A stretch of 64,000 bases of DNA. It comes from a bacterium (Candidatus Blackallbacteria) CG13_big_fil_rev_8_21_14_2_50_49_14 (GTDB taxonomy: Bacteria; Cyanobacteriota; Sericytochromatia; UBA7694). Numbering within the stretch: the stretch's first letter is position 1; every line of letters begins with the position of its first letter. The position numbers and the translations under genes were made by a program. Location of the stretch: the NCBI GenBank assembly GCA_002783405.1, contig PFGG01000011.1:5434-69433 (forward strand), given 5' to 3'. The notes beneath the pieces were generated by a model, which saw nothing but the letters and a program-made list of their open reading frames with translations, did not search any database and was not told the origin of the DNA. Positions 45,399 to 54,346 of this stretch are shown here, in pieces.

Positions 45399-46637
45399 AT
45401 GATGCAAGAGCGTAAACGACGGATTGGGGAATGGCTTCAGGTTCTCAATCTGGCTGAAACCAAAGAGATTGACGAAGCACTGAAAGAACAGGAAATGCAC
45501 CCGGATTACCTGGGCGAAATTCTGATTCGCAGAGGCATTATCACAGAAGCAGTGCGGGATGGTATTCTCAATCTGCAAAAAATTCTGGGCAGTTCCACCC
45601 GTTTGGCCGAAATGGAAATTACACCCGAAACCCTTCAGACGATTCAACCGCGTCTGGCGCATAGCTATGGTGTTTTCCCAGTTTTACAGGTCGCCGATTG
45701 TCTGGTGGTCGCCACCTCACAGCCCCATGATAAAAACTGGAAAAAAAGTTTAAGTGAAAAAACAGGGCTTAAGCTTTACCCGATTTCCTTTCGCGCATCA
45801 GACATTGAAATGGCCCTGGCCACGTTTTACACCACCCAACAGGCCCGCGCCTCCACTGGCTTGGATTGGATCAGTGATCAAGTACCCGACCCCGGCCCCC
45901 GCCTGACCTTTGTGGGCTCAGGCGATGCCTTGGGTTCAGGAGCCCGCAACCAGACCTGCCTGCATATCCGCAGCAAGGAAGCCACCTTTTTGATCGATTG
46001 CGGTCCTTCTTCTCTGACCGCACTCAAGCAGATGGATCTCTCGCTCGATGAACTGGATGGAGCCCTGATGACCCACGCCCATGGCGATCATTTTGGCGGT
46101 TTGCCTTTCGTGCTCTTGGAACAGATTACCCAAGGCCGCACCCGCCCCTTTTGGATTATGGCTCCCCAGCACCTGCTTGAGCATCTCAAGCAGTTCAAAG
46201 ACATGTGCTATCCAGGCCTGTTTGAGATTGCCCAATTTGAGATTCGCTATCTTCCGATTGAGGACGAGCCTCGCCCAGTTCCCGGCACCTCCATTATGGT
46301 TTACCCCTTCGCAATGGATCATATGCGCTCAAAACTTTGCCAAGGCTATCAGGTGCATCTGGCTGAAGAAAAAATTATCGCCTATACCGGAGATACCGCC
46401 TGGGGTGAGCATGTCGTGAATCTTGCCCGTGATACCGATTTGTTTATCTGCGAGTGCAGTTATTTTGATCCCGCTCCCGATGTGGTCAAGCATTTATCCT
46501 ATCGCGAGATTTTTGGCAACAAGGATCAAATCAAAACCAAACGCCTGGTTTTGACGCATATGGGCGAAGAAATGCTGGCCCGTGCCAGTGAAGCTGAATT
46601 TGATACCGCTTTTGATGGACTCGTGATTGATTTGTGA
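45399..46637 (+). CDS. MshEN (T2SS-E N-terminal, c-di-GMP-binding) domain fused to an MBL-fold metallo-hydrolase
   Basis: N-terminal 'DYLGEILIRRGIITEAVRDGILNLQ' matches the MshEN 24-residue c-di-GMP-binding motif (RLGxxLxxxGxIxxxxLxxALxxQ). C-terminal 'LMTHAHGDHFGG' is an HxHxDH motif. Confidence 0.65.
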   Translation: MMQERKRRIGEWLQVLNLAETKEIDEALKEQEMHPDYLGEILIRRGIITEAVRDGILNLQKILGSSTRLAEMEITPETLQTIQPRLAHSYGVFPVLQVADCLVVATSQPHDKNWKKSLSEKTGLKLYPISFRASDIEMALATFYTTQQARASTGLDWISDQVPDPGPRLTFVGSGDALGSGARNQTCLHIRSKEATFLIDCGPSSLTALKQMDLSLDELDGALMTHAHGDHFGGLPFVLLEQITQGRTRPFWIMAPQHLLEHLKQFKDMCYPGLFEIAQFEIRYLPIEDEPRPVPGTSIMVYPFAMDHMRSKLCQGYQVHLAEEKIIAYTGDTAWGEHVVNLARDTDLFICECSYFDPAPDVVKHLSYREIFGNKDQIKTKRLVLTHMGEEMLARASEAEFDTAFDGLVIDL

Positions 46638-47797
46638 AGTTTCTGATCGATCTGCGCTGGGCACGAAGCCAGACTTTGGATGGCATTGGTCGGGTCAGTC
46701 TTTGCCTGATGGCAGAATTATTGCGCATGGAGAGCCCCCATATTTTTGGCTTGCTCTTTGCAAATGCTGAACGGGCAGAGTTCGGATTGGCCTGGATTCG
46801 CAACTATGACACCCGCCCGATCAAAGCCACCTATCGGGTAGATCGGGTGGGTATAGATGCCCGCTCCCCCCTCAACCGTGTGGTTTTGCCACAACGGGTG
46901 CGTCAGTTTCAGCCCGACCTTTACTTTACCCCCTATTATCCCTTTCACCCCCCTGCGGGCATTCCCTGTATGGGCATGGTGCATGATTTGATTCCCCTGC
47001 GTTACCCTGAATATTTTCGCGAAGCCAGTTTGCCGTTTCGCCTGCTCATGACCCATGCCACTCCTCTGCAACTGCTTTTGCAAAGCTGTCAAAAAATCAT
47101 CACCGTTTCACAGAGCAGCGCCCAGGATTTGCAGCAGATGCTGGGCATCTCCCCCACCAAAATCCAGGTGGTCTACCCTGGTGTGCAGGTTTTTCAAGCC
47201 CACCCCAACCCCCAGGAAGTTTTGCACCGTTTTCGGCTGCCCCTGAACAAACCTTTTATTCTGGGCGTTGGCCGACCTGAACCCTATAAAAACTTTCAGG
47301 GACTGATTCAAAGCTATGCCCGCCTGCCCAAACCCCTGCGGGAGGCCCACCCGCTGGTTCTGGTCGGGCCGGCTCATCCGCTTCAAACCCCAGCCTTGGA
47401 AGATTTAATTCAGCGACAGGGTCTAACAGCCTTTGTACACTTAACGGGCGCAGTAGCAGCGGCTGACCTGCCAGCTTTTTATCAAGGAGCCGCGCTGTTT
47501 GCCTTTCCCTCACTCTATGAGGGCTTTGGTTTGCCCGTGCTTGAAGCGATGGCCGCAGGTCTGCCCGTTTTGAGTTCCAATCGGGCCTCTCTGCCTGAGG
47601 CAGCAGGCGATGCAGCGATTCTTCACGACCCTGAAGATCGTGAGGGCTGGGCACGCCAGATCGAAAAACTTTTAAAAAACCCAGCGCTTTGCCAAACATT
47701 GCGGGAAAAAGGAAAGGCCCATGCAGCGAAGTTTAGTTGGCAACGTATGGCCGAAGGCATTTTAAAAGAGCTGGAGACAGTTGGCGCACAGGCCTGA
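46634..47797 (+). CDS. GT4-family glycosyltransferase
   Basis: C-terminal 'EGFGLPVLEAMAAGLPVLSSN' is the GT-B/GT4 motif. GTG start overlaps the previous stop by 4 nt. Confidence 0.8.
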   Translation: MKFLIDLRWARSQTLDGIGRVSLCLMAELLRMESPHIFGLLFANAERAEFGLAWIRNYDTRPIKATYRVDRVGIDARSPLNRVVLPQRVRQFQPDLYFTPYYPFHPPAGIPCMGMVHDLIPLRYPEYFREASLPFRLLMTHATPLQLLLQSCQKIITVSQSSAQDLQQMLGISPTKIQVVYPGVQVFQAHPNPQEVLHRFRLPLNKPFILGVGRPEPYKNFQGLIQSYARLPKPLREAHPLVLVGPAHPLQTPALEDLIQRQGLTAFVHLTGAVAAADLPAFYQGAALFAFPSLYEGFGLPVLEAMAAGLPVLSSNRASLPEAAGDAAILHDPEDREGWARQIEKLLKNPALCQTLREKGKAHAAKFSWQRMAEGILKELETVGAQA

Positions 47798-47897
47798 TCA
47801 GCTGGTGATTGACTTGCCCCCAGAGATAGAACGCCCAATCCAAACACCCTCTCTGTGGTTGATGCTTTGGGCCCTAAAATTTACAGAATAGGCGCAA

Positions 47898-48449
47898 CTA
47901 TTTCTGGGCGGGTTCCTGAGAACTTTCGAGTTCTGAAACCTCGGCCCCATCTGAACCCGGCTCAGGTTTGCGCCCTTCGGTCAGGGCATGCAGCAAAAGC
48001 AACCCGGCACCGGCCATAATCGCCACATCGGCCACATTGAAGATATTGGTATGCATCCAGGAAATGCCTGCATAACCCAAATAGAGAAAATCAACCACAT
48101 GGCCATAGAGTGCGCGATCAATTAAATTGCCCAAGCCACCGGCTAAAACCAAAGAAAGAGCCGAAGTCATCAATTTACTGTGCTGGTTGCGCAGAATATA
48201 AACCGCCAGCACAGCCAGAACTGCGCCCACCCCCAGGGTGAAAACAGCTTTGCGCACGGGGTCGGGCAAGGAGGCTCCCAAGCTGCCCCATGCACCTGGG
48301 TTCAGGGCATATTGCAAGCGCAAGATACCCTCGAAATAAACCTGGGCTGGCTTACCGGCCAAATGGGCAGTGGCCTGCATTTTGCTCCACTGATCCAAGC
48401 CTACACAGGGCAAGGTGATCAGCAGCATTAAAATCATACGTTGACGCAT
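47898..48449 (-). CDS. lspA: Lipoprotein signal peptidase (signal peptidase II)
   Basis: 'NPGAWGSLGA', 'GNLIDR', 'FNVADVAI' motifs. 183 aa with 4 TM. Confidence 0.85.
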   Translation of the reverse strand: MRQRMILMLLITLPCVGLDQWSKMQATAHLAGKPAQVYFEGILRLQYALNPGAWGSLGASLPDPVRKAVFTLGVGAVLAVLAVYILRNQHSKLMTSALSLVLAGGLGNLIDRALYGHVVDFLYLGYAGISWMHTNIFNVADVAIMAGAGLLLLHALTEGRKPEPGSDGAEVSELESSQEPAQK

Positions 48450-48480
48450 TCAAAAACCTCTTTAGGCAAACATCTTCTCA

Positions 48481-50298
48481 CTACCAGGTACGCAAAAAAC
48501 GCTTGTTGATTTCCTGCTTGGTAAATTTCAACAAAATCGGGCGGCCATGGGGACAGGTATAGGGGTTTCGGGTTTCAGACCAATTTTTAACGATGGTCTG
48601 CATTTGCTCCAAACTCAGCGGGTCACCTGCTCGAATCGCACTGTGGCAGGCGATGGTTTTGCACAGCCTGTTAAAGGATTCCAAATGCGCTTTGGCCACG
48701 CCGGTTTCACGCAGTTCCTGCAAAAGATCGCGAAAGGTCGCCTCGGCCTGGGTAATCCGCAGACAATGGGGCAGGGCCCGAATCGCAATCGAGGCAGGGC
48801 CATAGGCCTCCCATTCAAAGCCCGCCCGCTCAAAAACTTCGCGATGCTCTTCTAAAAGCCCGCGATCAATTTCATCGATTTCCATCACCACCGAGATCAA
48901 AAGCGGTTGGCTGAGAATTTTTTCAGACTCAATCAACTGCTCGTAAAGTGCGCGCTCTTCAGCCACGTGTTGGTCGATCAAAGCCAGACCATTGCCGTAA
49001 TGCGCCACAATATACGTATAATCACAGGCCTGCCCAATCGCTTTGACTGGTTCCAGGGGCGGCCCACCAGATTCCACGGGCCGGGGAGTGGGCGTGATTT
49101 CCAGTTCTGGCAAGCTAAAAACCTGAGGCGCACGCTCAGGAATCACGGGGGCCTGCCAGACGGCATAACTTGCAGCCGATTCTTTCATGCGCTCTGCAGG
49201 GGCAGGATTCGCAAAGGGTGGGGTTTCGTCCTCGCTGTCTATCAGGGCGGGGGGTAAAGCAACAGGAGCCGATTGAATCTCAGGTGCGCCAATTGAAGTC
49301 TGGCGTTCAAAATGATAGCGGGAAAGGGAACCCTGAATGCCTTCGCGCAAAAGCGTGTAAATCTGGCTGAAGTGCTTAAATTTCACTTCCTTTTTGGTGG
49401 GGTGTACATTGACATCGACATTGCCAGCGGGAATTTCCAATTGCAGAATCGCAACCGGAAAATTCTTGCGCGGCACCAAATCGGCATAGAGGTCATCGAG
49501 CAGTTTGCTGATACCAGGCACCTTGACCCAGCGCCGGTTCACAAAAAAGAACTGGTAATTGCGATCGCGGCGCACACAATCAGGGTAACTGAGAACGCCC
49601 CTCAATTGCCCCCCCTGGGTTTCATGGCTGACGCTATAAAGTGAATCAGCCAAGTCTTTGCCAAAGACCTGACGCACGACCCCGCTGAGGTCATTTTTGC
49701 CGGTTGTGTGCAAAACGGTTTTGCCCTTTTTGACAAACTTAAAGCCGATTTCTGGCAAGCCCAAAGCAAAGGCCTGCATCAACTGTTGAATATACCCCAG
49801 CTCTGTGGTTTCGCTGCTCAAAAATTTGAGACGGGCGGGGGTATTAAAAAACAAATCACGAATGGTCAAACTGGTGCCTACGGGCCCCCCTGCAGGACTG
49901 TCCTCAAGCACTTCACCGCCCTGAATCACCAAGCGACGGGCGATTTCCTGATCAGCGGTGCGGCTTAAAACTTCAACCCGCGAAACCGAGGCAATACTGG
50001 GCAAAGCCTCGCCACGAAAGCCCATGGTTTCAAGGCTCCAGAGATCTTCAAAACTGAGCAGTTTGCTGGTCGCGAAGCGCTGAAAGGCAAGGGCCACACT
50101 ATCGGCAGGAATGCCCGCGCCATTGTCTACCACCCGCAGAAATCGCCCGCCCTGATCGACTTCAACCTGAATAAAACTGGCGCCACTGTCGAGCGAGTTT
50201 TCCACCAGTTCTTTGATCACCGAAGCCGGTCGCTCCACCACTTCGCCAGCGGCAATCTGGTTGGCGACCTGGGTATCGAGCAGACGAATCGGGTTCAT
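48481..50298 (-). CDS. mutL: DNA mismatch repair protein MutL
   Basis: N-terminal GHKL ATPase 'IAAGEVVERPASVIKELVENSLDSGAS'. C-terminal dimerisation domain. Confidence 0.9.
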   Translation of the reverse strand: MNPIRLLDTQVANQIAAGEVVERPASVIKELVENSLDSGASFIQVEVDQGGRFLRVVDNGAGIPADSVALAFQRFATSKLLSFEDLWSLETMGFRGEALPSIASVSRVEVLSRTADQEIARRLVIQGGEVLEDSPAGGPVGTSLTIRDLFFNTPARLKFLSSETTELGYIQQLMQAFALGLPEIGFKFVKKGKTVLHTTGKNDLSGVVRQVFGKDLADSLYSVSHETQGGQLRGVLSYPDCVRRDRNYQFFFVNRRWVKVPGISKLLDDLYADLVPRKNFPVAILQLEIPAGNVDVNVHPTKKEVKFKHFSQIYTLLREGIQGSLSRYHFERQTSIGAPEIQSAPVALPPALIDSEDETPPFANPAPAERMKESAASYAVWQAPVIPERAPQVFSLPELEITPTPRPVESGGPPLEPVKAIGQACDYTYIVAHYGNGLALIDQHVAEERALYEQLIESEKILSQPLLISVVMEIDEIDRGLLEEHREVFERAGFEWEAYGPASIAIRALPHCLRITQAEATFRDLLQELRETGVAKAHLESFNRLCKTIACHSAIRAGDPLSLEQMQTIVKNWSETRNPYTCPHGRPILLKFTKQEINKRFLRTW

Positions 50299-51473
50299 GA
50301 ATCGCGACGCGCCATCAAGCGTACATTCAGGGTAACCGGTTTGCCCCGTCCCCCCTTCAGAACCGTCAGTTTCAGAGAGTCACCCACCCGTTTGCGGGTT
50401 TCTAAATAATTCATCAGGTCATTTTCAGCTTTGACGGGTTGTCCATCCACGGCCAGAATAATATCTCCGCCCAAATAGACTTCGTAATTGCCCAAATAGA
50501 CCTTTTGATTGCCCCCTCTCAAACCAGACTGAGCGGCGGCTCCGCCGGGATAGGTCTGCATGACCATCAAACCCGAAGAAACCGGCAGTTTCAAGACCTG
50601 CGCCAGACGTGGGCTAAGCGCCAAGACACTGACCCCCATCCACGGATATTGGGCTTTGCCATATTTCAGCAAATCAGGGATAAAGCGCTTGACCGTATTG
50701 ATCGGAATCGCAAAGCCCACCCCGACAGACCCTCCGGAAGGACTGTAAATCAAGGTGTTCACCCCTATAACCCGACCCGAGGAATCAAACAGGGGGCCGC
50801 CGGAATTGCCGCTGTTGATCGCTGCATCGGTCTGAATCAGATCCGACATCACGCGTCCTTCTTCAACCTGAATCTTTCGCCCCAGCGAACTGACCACCCC
50901 CGAGGTCATGGTCTGGCCCAAACCAAAGGGATTGCCAATCGCAACCGTGGTCTGGCCGACCTGTAAATTGGCTGAGTCCCCTAAATTAACAGGGTTCAAC
51001 ATATTTTGCGGGGCTTTGACCTTGAGAATAGCCAAATCACTGCGCTGATCAAACCCGACCAAATCGGCGGGATAGGAGTGTTCCATATTGCCAAAGGCCA
51101 CGAAAAAGCGCTGCGCGCCATTGACCACATGAAAATTGGTGACCACATGGCCTGATTTATCAATCACAAAACCCGAACCGGCGCCTTCACTGGGAACCAG
51201 TTCCATAAAATAATTGTATTGAAAGGAACGGGTGGTGACGTTGACGACCGAACTGCTGACCCGTTTGTACAGGTTGATAATCTGCTGTTCCTGACTCATG
51301 CCAGAAGCGGCAAAGGCGGGGGGCGTATTCAAACCCGCCATGGTCGGTACGGCTCCGGTAGCCGCCTGATCCTGGGTGTGATTGAGTTGCAGATAGCCCA
51401 GAACCAATGCGCCGCCCGCCAATCCGGCCAATGCAAATCCCAAGGTCTGTTTATAGAGTTTATTGTTTTTCAT
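50295..51473 (-). CDS. htrA: HtrA/DegP-family trypsin-like serine protease with PDZ domain
   Basis: 'VTNFHVV' (His), 'GNSGGPLF' (Ser) and a C-terminal PDZ. Signal/TM at the N-terminus. Confidence 0.85.
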   Translation of the reverse strand: MKNNKLYKQTLGFALAGLAGGALVLGYLQLNHTQDQAATGAVPTMAGLNTPPAFAASGMSQEQQIINLYKRVSSSVVNVTTRSFQYNYFMELVPSEGAGSGFVIDKSGHVVTNFHVVNGAQRFFVAFGNMEHSYPADLVGFDQRSDLAILKVKAPQNMLNPVNLGDSANLQVGQTTVAIGNPFGLGQTMTSGVVSSLGRKIQVEEGRVMSDLIQTDAAINSGNSGGPLFDSSGRVIGVNTLIYSPSGGSVGVGFAIPINTVKRFIPDLLKYGKAQYPWMGVSVLALSPRLAQVLKLPVSSGLMVMQTYPGGAAAQSGLRGGNQKVYLGNYEVYLGGDIILAVDGQPVKAENDLMNYLETRKRVGDSLKLTVLKGGRGKPVTLNVRLMARRDS

Positions 51474-52279
51474 GGTTTCCTCATTTCTTTCGAAACAATT
51501 GCCTCCAGGGAGGTTTCCTGGAGAAAAGAGAGTGCTTTCATCGGTTTTTCAGCCAGTAATTCAAGATAATTCTGAAGCATGGTTTGGATTTGTTTTAAAG
51601 CAATGTGTTTTATTTCAGGAACCCCCGTCGGAGGTTCAGCCGAGGCTTGTAAATCACGTATTGTGGCTACTTGCTCATAGCTCAGAAACTGACTGCTTTG
51701 TTTGCGTTTACAATCCTCACAACGCAAACCCCCTTCCAGGGTATCAAAAAAGTGGTAATCTCGGGGGCGAAAGTCAATTTCACAGCCTCTGCAAAATTCC
51801 CAATCCTGTTCATAGCCCAATTCATAGAGCAGATGCAATTCAAACCAGATCAAGAGGGTGAGCGGATCTGTGCCCGAAGAGAGCGCTTCAAGGGCATGCA
51901 AAAGCATCACAAACAGATATTCGTTGGGATCTTCTTCCTGACAGAAAGTAGCCATGATTTCACCCAAAGCCAGGGCGTGGGTTAAGGCGTCATAATCACG
52001 GGTTAAACCCGGAAAACTATGCAGAGAATCGCATTGGATGATTTTATGCAGATTGCGGCCACGCTCTAAAAGGACATGGTTACAGCGCAACAGATCCAAA
52101 TGCCCCGCCAATTTACTCTTGGGGCGGCGTACCCCTTTGGCAACAGCTCTTAAAAGACCGTATTTACGACTGAAGAGCACAATCACACGATCATGCTCAT
52201 TAAAATCGTAATGTTTGAGGGCAAAAGCCTCTACTTCAAACGGATGCCGGTTGGGCGGCAAGTTCGACATGATCGACAA
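51470..52279 (-). CDS. recO: DNA repair protein RecO
   Basis: N-terminal OB-fold region 'HYDFNEHDRVIVLFSRKYGLLRAVAKG' and C-terminal zinc finger 'CRGCE...CEDC'. Confidence 0.8.
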   Translation of the reverse strand: MSIMSNLPPNRHPFEVEAFALKHYDFNEHDRVIVLFSRKYGLLRAVAKGVRRPKSKLAGHLDLLRCNHVLLERGRNLHKIIQCDSLHSFPGLTRDYDALTHALALGEIMATFCQEEDPNEYLFVMLLHALEALSSGTDPLTLLIWFELHLLYELGYEQDWEFCRGCEIDFRPRDYHFFDTLEGGLRCEDCKRKQSSQFLSYEQVATIRDLQASAEPPTGVPEIKHIALKQIQTMLQNYLELLAEKPMKALSFLQETSLEAIVSKEMRKP

Positions 52280-52523
52280 TTCCTACAATCACGCAACGAA
52301 TCGGGGCATTTTCATAGTGCAGGATTTGCCTTGAAGAGGTTCCCTCTTCAAGCAGGAGCACTTTATCGCCAATCCCGGCTTGAACCTGGTCAACGGCAAT
52401 GACCTGTTCGCCCTGGTCTTCTCCATAGGGATCAATCGGCTGAACCATGAGCAATTTACGGCCATTCAGGGCCTGATGCTTGACAGTCGCCACTACGCTT
52501 CCAATCACTCGTGCCAATCTCAC
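52236..52523 (-). CDS. EutN/PduN/CcmL-family bacterial-microcompartment vertex protein homolog (orphan)
   Basis: 'MRLARVIGSVVATVKHQALNGRKLLMVQP...VAVDQVQAGIGDKVLLLEEGTSSRQ...CVIVGIVDHV' fits the BMC-V pattern (ArViGtVvsT...G.KLLlVq...VAvD.vgAG.G..VL...GS.AR). Confidence 0.65.
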   Translation of the reverse strand: MRLARVIGSVVATVKHQALNGRKLLMVQPIDPYGEDQGEQVIAVDQVQAGIGDKVLLLEEGTSSRQILHYENAPIRCVIVGIVDHVELAAQPASV

Positions 52524-52674
52524 GGCTAGCTCCTTCGCTGAATATTTTCTGTTGACCTATTGTATCCCAGATCACTTCGGTTCCCAAGAGGAAGGGAAAG
52601 ATATCTTGGCTTTCTGACAAAAAATACAATCGCCGGGAACCAGTCCCGGCGATCGATGATTGAATCAGTTCAGA

Positions 52675-54027
52675 CTAACGAGCAGTGTAAGCCTTCAGGA
52701 AGTCGCCCCAACCTTTGGTTTCGGCGAAACGAACCTGGCTGACGTCGTCATAACGACGATTGTAGCTCATGGTAGAAGTGGGGAAGTAAACCTGTACGCC
52801 AGTAGCACCTGCTACTTTTGTGCCATAGTGTCCTTCACGGATCACGATTTTGTTCATGGCGTCAACCACTGCAGCACCGCTACGGGCACCCGCAAATTTG
52901 CGCATGAAGTCACCGAAATCAGCAGCATCGCGGTTGTAGAAAACTTGAGTTTTGCTACGTGCAGCATCGATAGCGGCTTTATTCGCAGGCAGGCCAGCTT
53001 TCAGTTCAGCGGCGAAGGCATTCAGAGCAGGTACAAACACATCAGCTACAGCGTTGATATCCAGAGCAGCCAGTGTTACGTCACGGCCATACTGAGAACC
53101 ACCGGGGCTGTAAGAAGCTTTGTAGGTGTCTACCATGACAGTAGCCAGTTCAGTGGGGCTCATGCCAGGATTCTTGGCCAAAGCGCCGATATAGTGTTCG
53201 TAATCCCAACCATCGCCGGGCTCGAGCTCTTCAGAGGCGACCAGAATATTGGCTTGGCCTTTCATCTGGTAAGCAGTTTCAACGTGCTGCATCAGGCAGG
53301 TATCAAAACCAAAGATATCGACTTTTTTACCCAGGTTGCGGTTGGCAATTGCCAAAGCAGGGTTCAAATCTTTCAGGTGCATTTCGCCACCGCTATCATC
53401 TACAGCGAAGCTCTTAGAAGAAACGCCACGAGCGGGTTGGGTTCCACCAATGGTTTCCATGAAGCTGCCACCGGCAGGATTTTGGCCAGCGCGGAAGATG
53501 CCTGAACCATGGTTCCAGATAGAGATAGAGGTATGCTCAGCGGGGAAATTCTTGGTCAGAAAATCAACGAAAGCATTCAGAACTGCGGGATCCCCAGTAT
53601 CTACTTCTTTAGAAGCAGGGATAACGGCACCTTTATCATCGATCACTTCAGAGATGATATTGCGGTTAACAGGGCCGGGGTCGGGTTTAATACGCAGGAT
53701 TTTAGAATCGCCGCGGGGGCTGCCATCAAACAGAACGATGATGTCGAGCATTTCAGCAGCGGCAGGATTCATTGCCAAGCCGGCTTCCATTTCGTTCACA
53801 TCATCAAGTGCTGCGGAATAGAGGTTGTTGTCACCAGCAAGGTGAACAGCCACAGTCCATTTTTTGCCGTTGCGGGGACGTGCGGTGCTGAAAGAGCCAA
53901 CTTGCGCACGGTTTGCAATGCCTGCGCCTTGAAGACCCGCAACATTAACGGGGCCGCAAGCAGCCATCGTGCCGACGGCAGAGGCCAATGCAGTAAGAGC
54001 GGAAACTTTTTTGAGAACCTGATTCAT
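52675..54027 (-). CDS. Clostripain-family (C11) cysteine peptidase, secreted
   Basis: Signal peptide. Catalytic His 'ISIWNHGSG' and Cys 'FGFDTCLM' dyad at C11 spacing. Confidence 0.7.
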   Translation of the reverse strand: MNQVLKKVSALTALASAVGTMAACGPVNVAGLQGAGIANRAQVGSFSTARPRNGKKWTVAVHLAGDNNLYSAALDDVNEMEAGLAMNPAAAEMLDIIVLFDGSPRGDSKILRIKPDPGPVNRNIISEVIDDKGAVIPASKEVDTGDPAVLNAFVDFLTKNFPAEHTSISIWNHGSGIFRAGQNPAGGSFMETIGGTQPARGVSSKSFAVDDSGGEMHLKDLNPALAIANRNLGKKVDIFGFDTCLMQHVETAYQMKGQANILVASEELEPGDGWDYEHYIGALAKNPGMSPTELATVMVDTYKASYSPGGSQYGRDVTLAALDINAVADVFVPALNAFAAELKAGLPANKAAIDAARSKTQVFYNRDAADFGDFMRKFAGARSGAAVVDAMNKIVIREGHYGTKVAGATGVQVYFPTSTMSYNRRYDDVSQVRFAETKGWGDFLKAYTAR

Positions 54028-54058
54028 TCGTTTACTACCCTGAACTTTCTTAGTGGTG

Positions 54059-54075
54059 TTTAAATTGAATTTAAA
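54059..54075. promoter_or_regulatory. Perfect palindrome TTTAAAT-TGA-ATTTAAA in the AT-rich divergent promoter region
   Basis: Read directly. It lies between the divergently transcribed C11 peptidase and ftcD. Confidence 0.3.
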
Positions 54076-54346
54076 CTTACTTGATTCAATCTTAATATTG
54101 TTTTAATCAAATTCACCCCATATCTTGCTAAAAAATACGAGATTTAATTGTAAATAAATATTAAGAATTGCTTCTTGCCTGGCGAAACGCTGTTCAATCC
54201 TTGCTTTGCGCCAAGTGAAAATTGGTCCATTCACCTAAACATTCTGACAGGGTGATAAGAGACTCAGCGAATTCAGGCAGATTCAATTCAATGCTAAATT
54301 TTAATACAGGCCAAGATCAGAGACAAGGCCCCGAGGAAGGTTTTTT

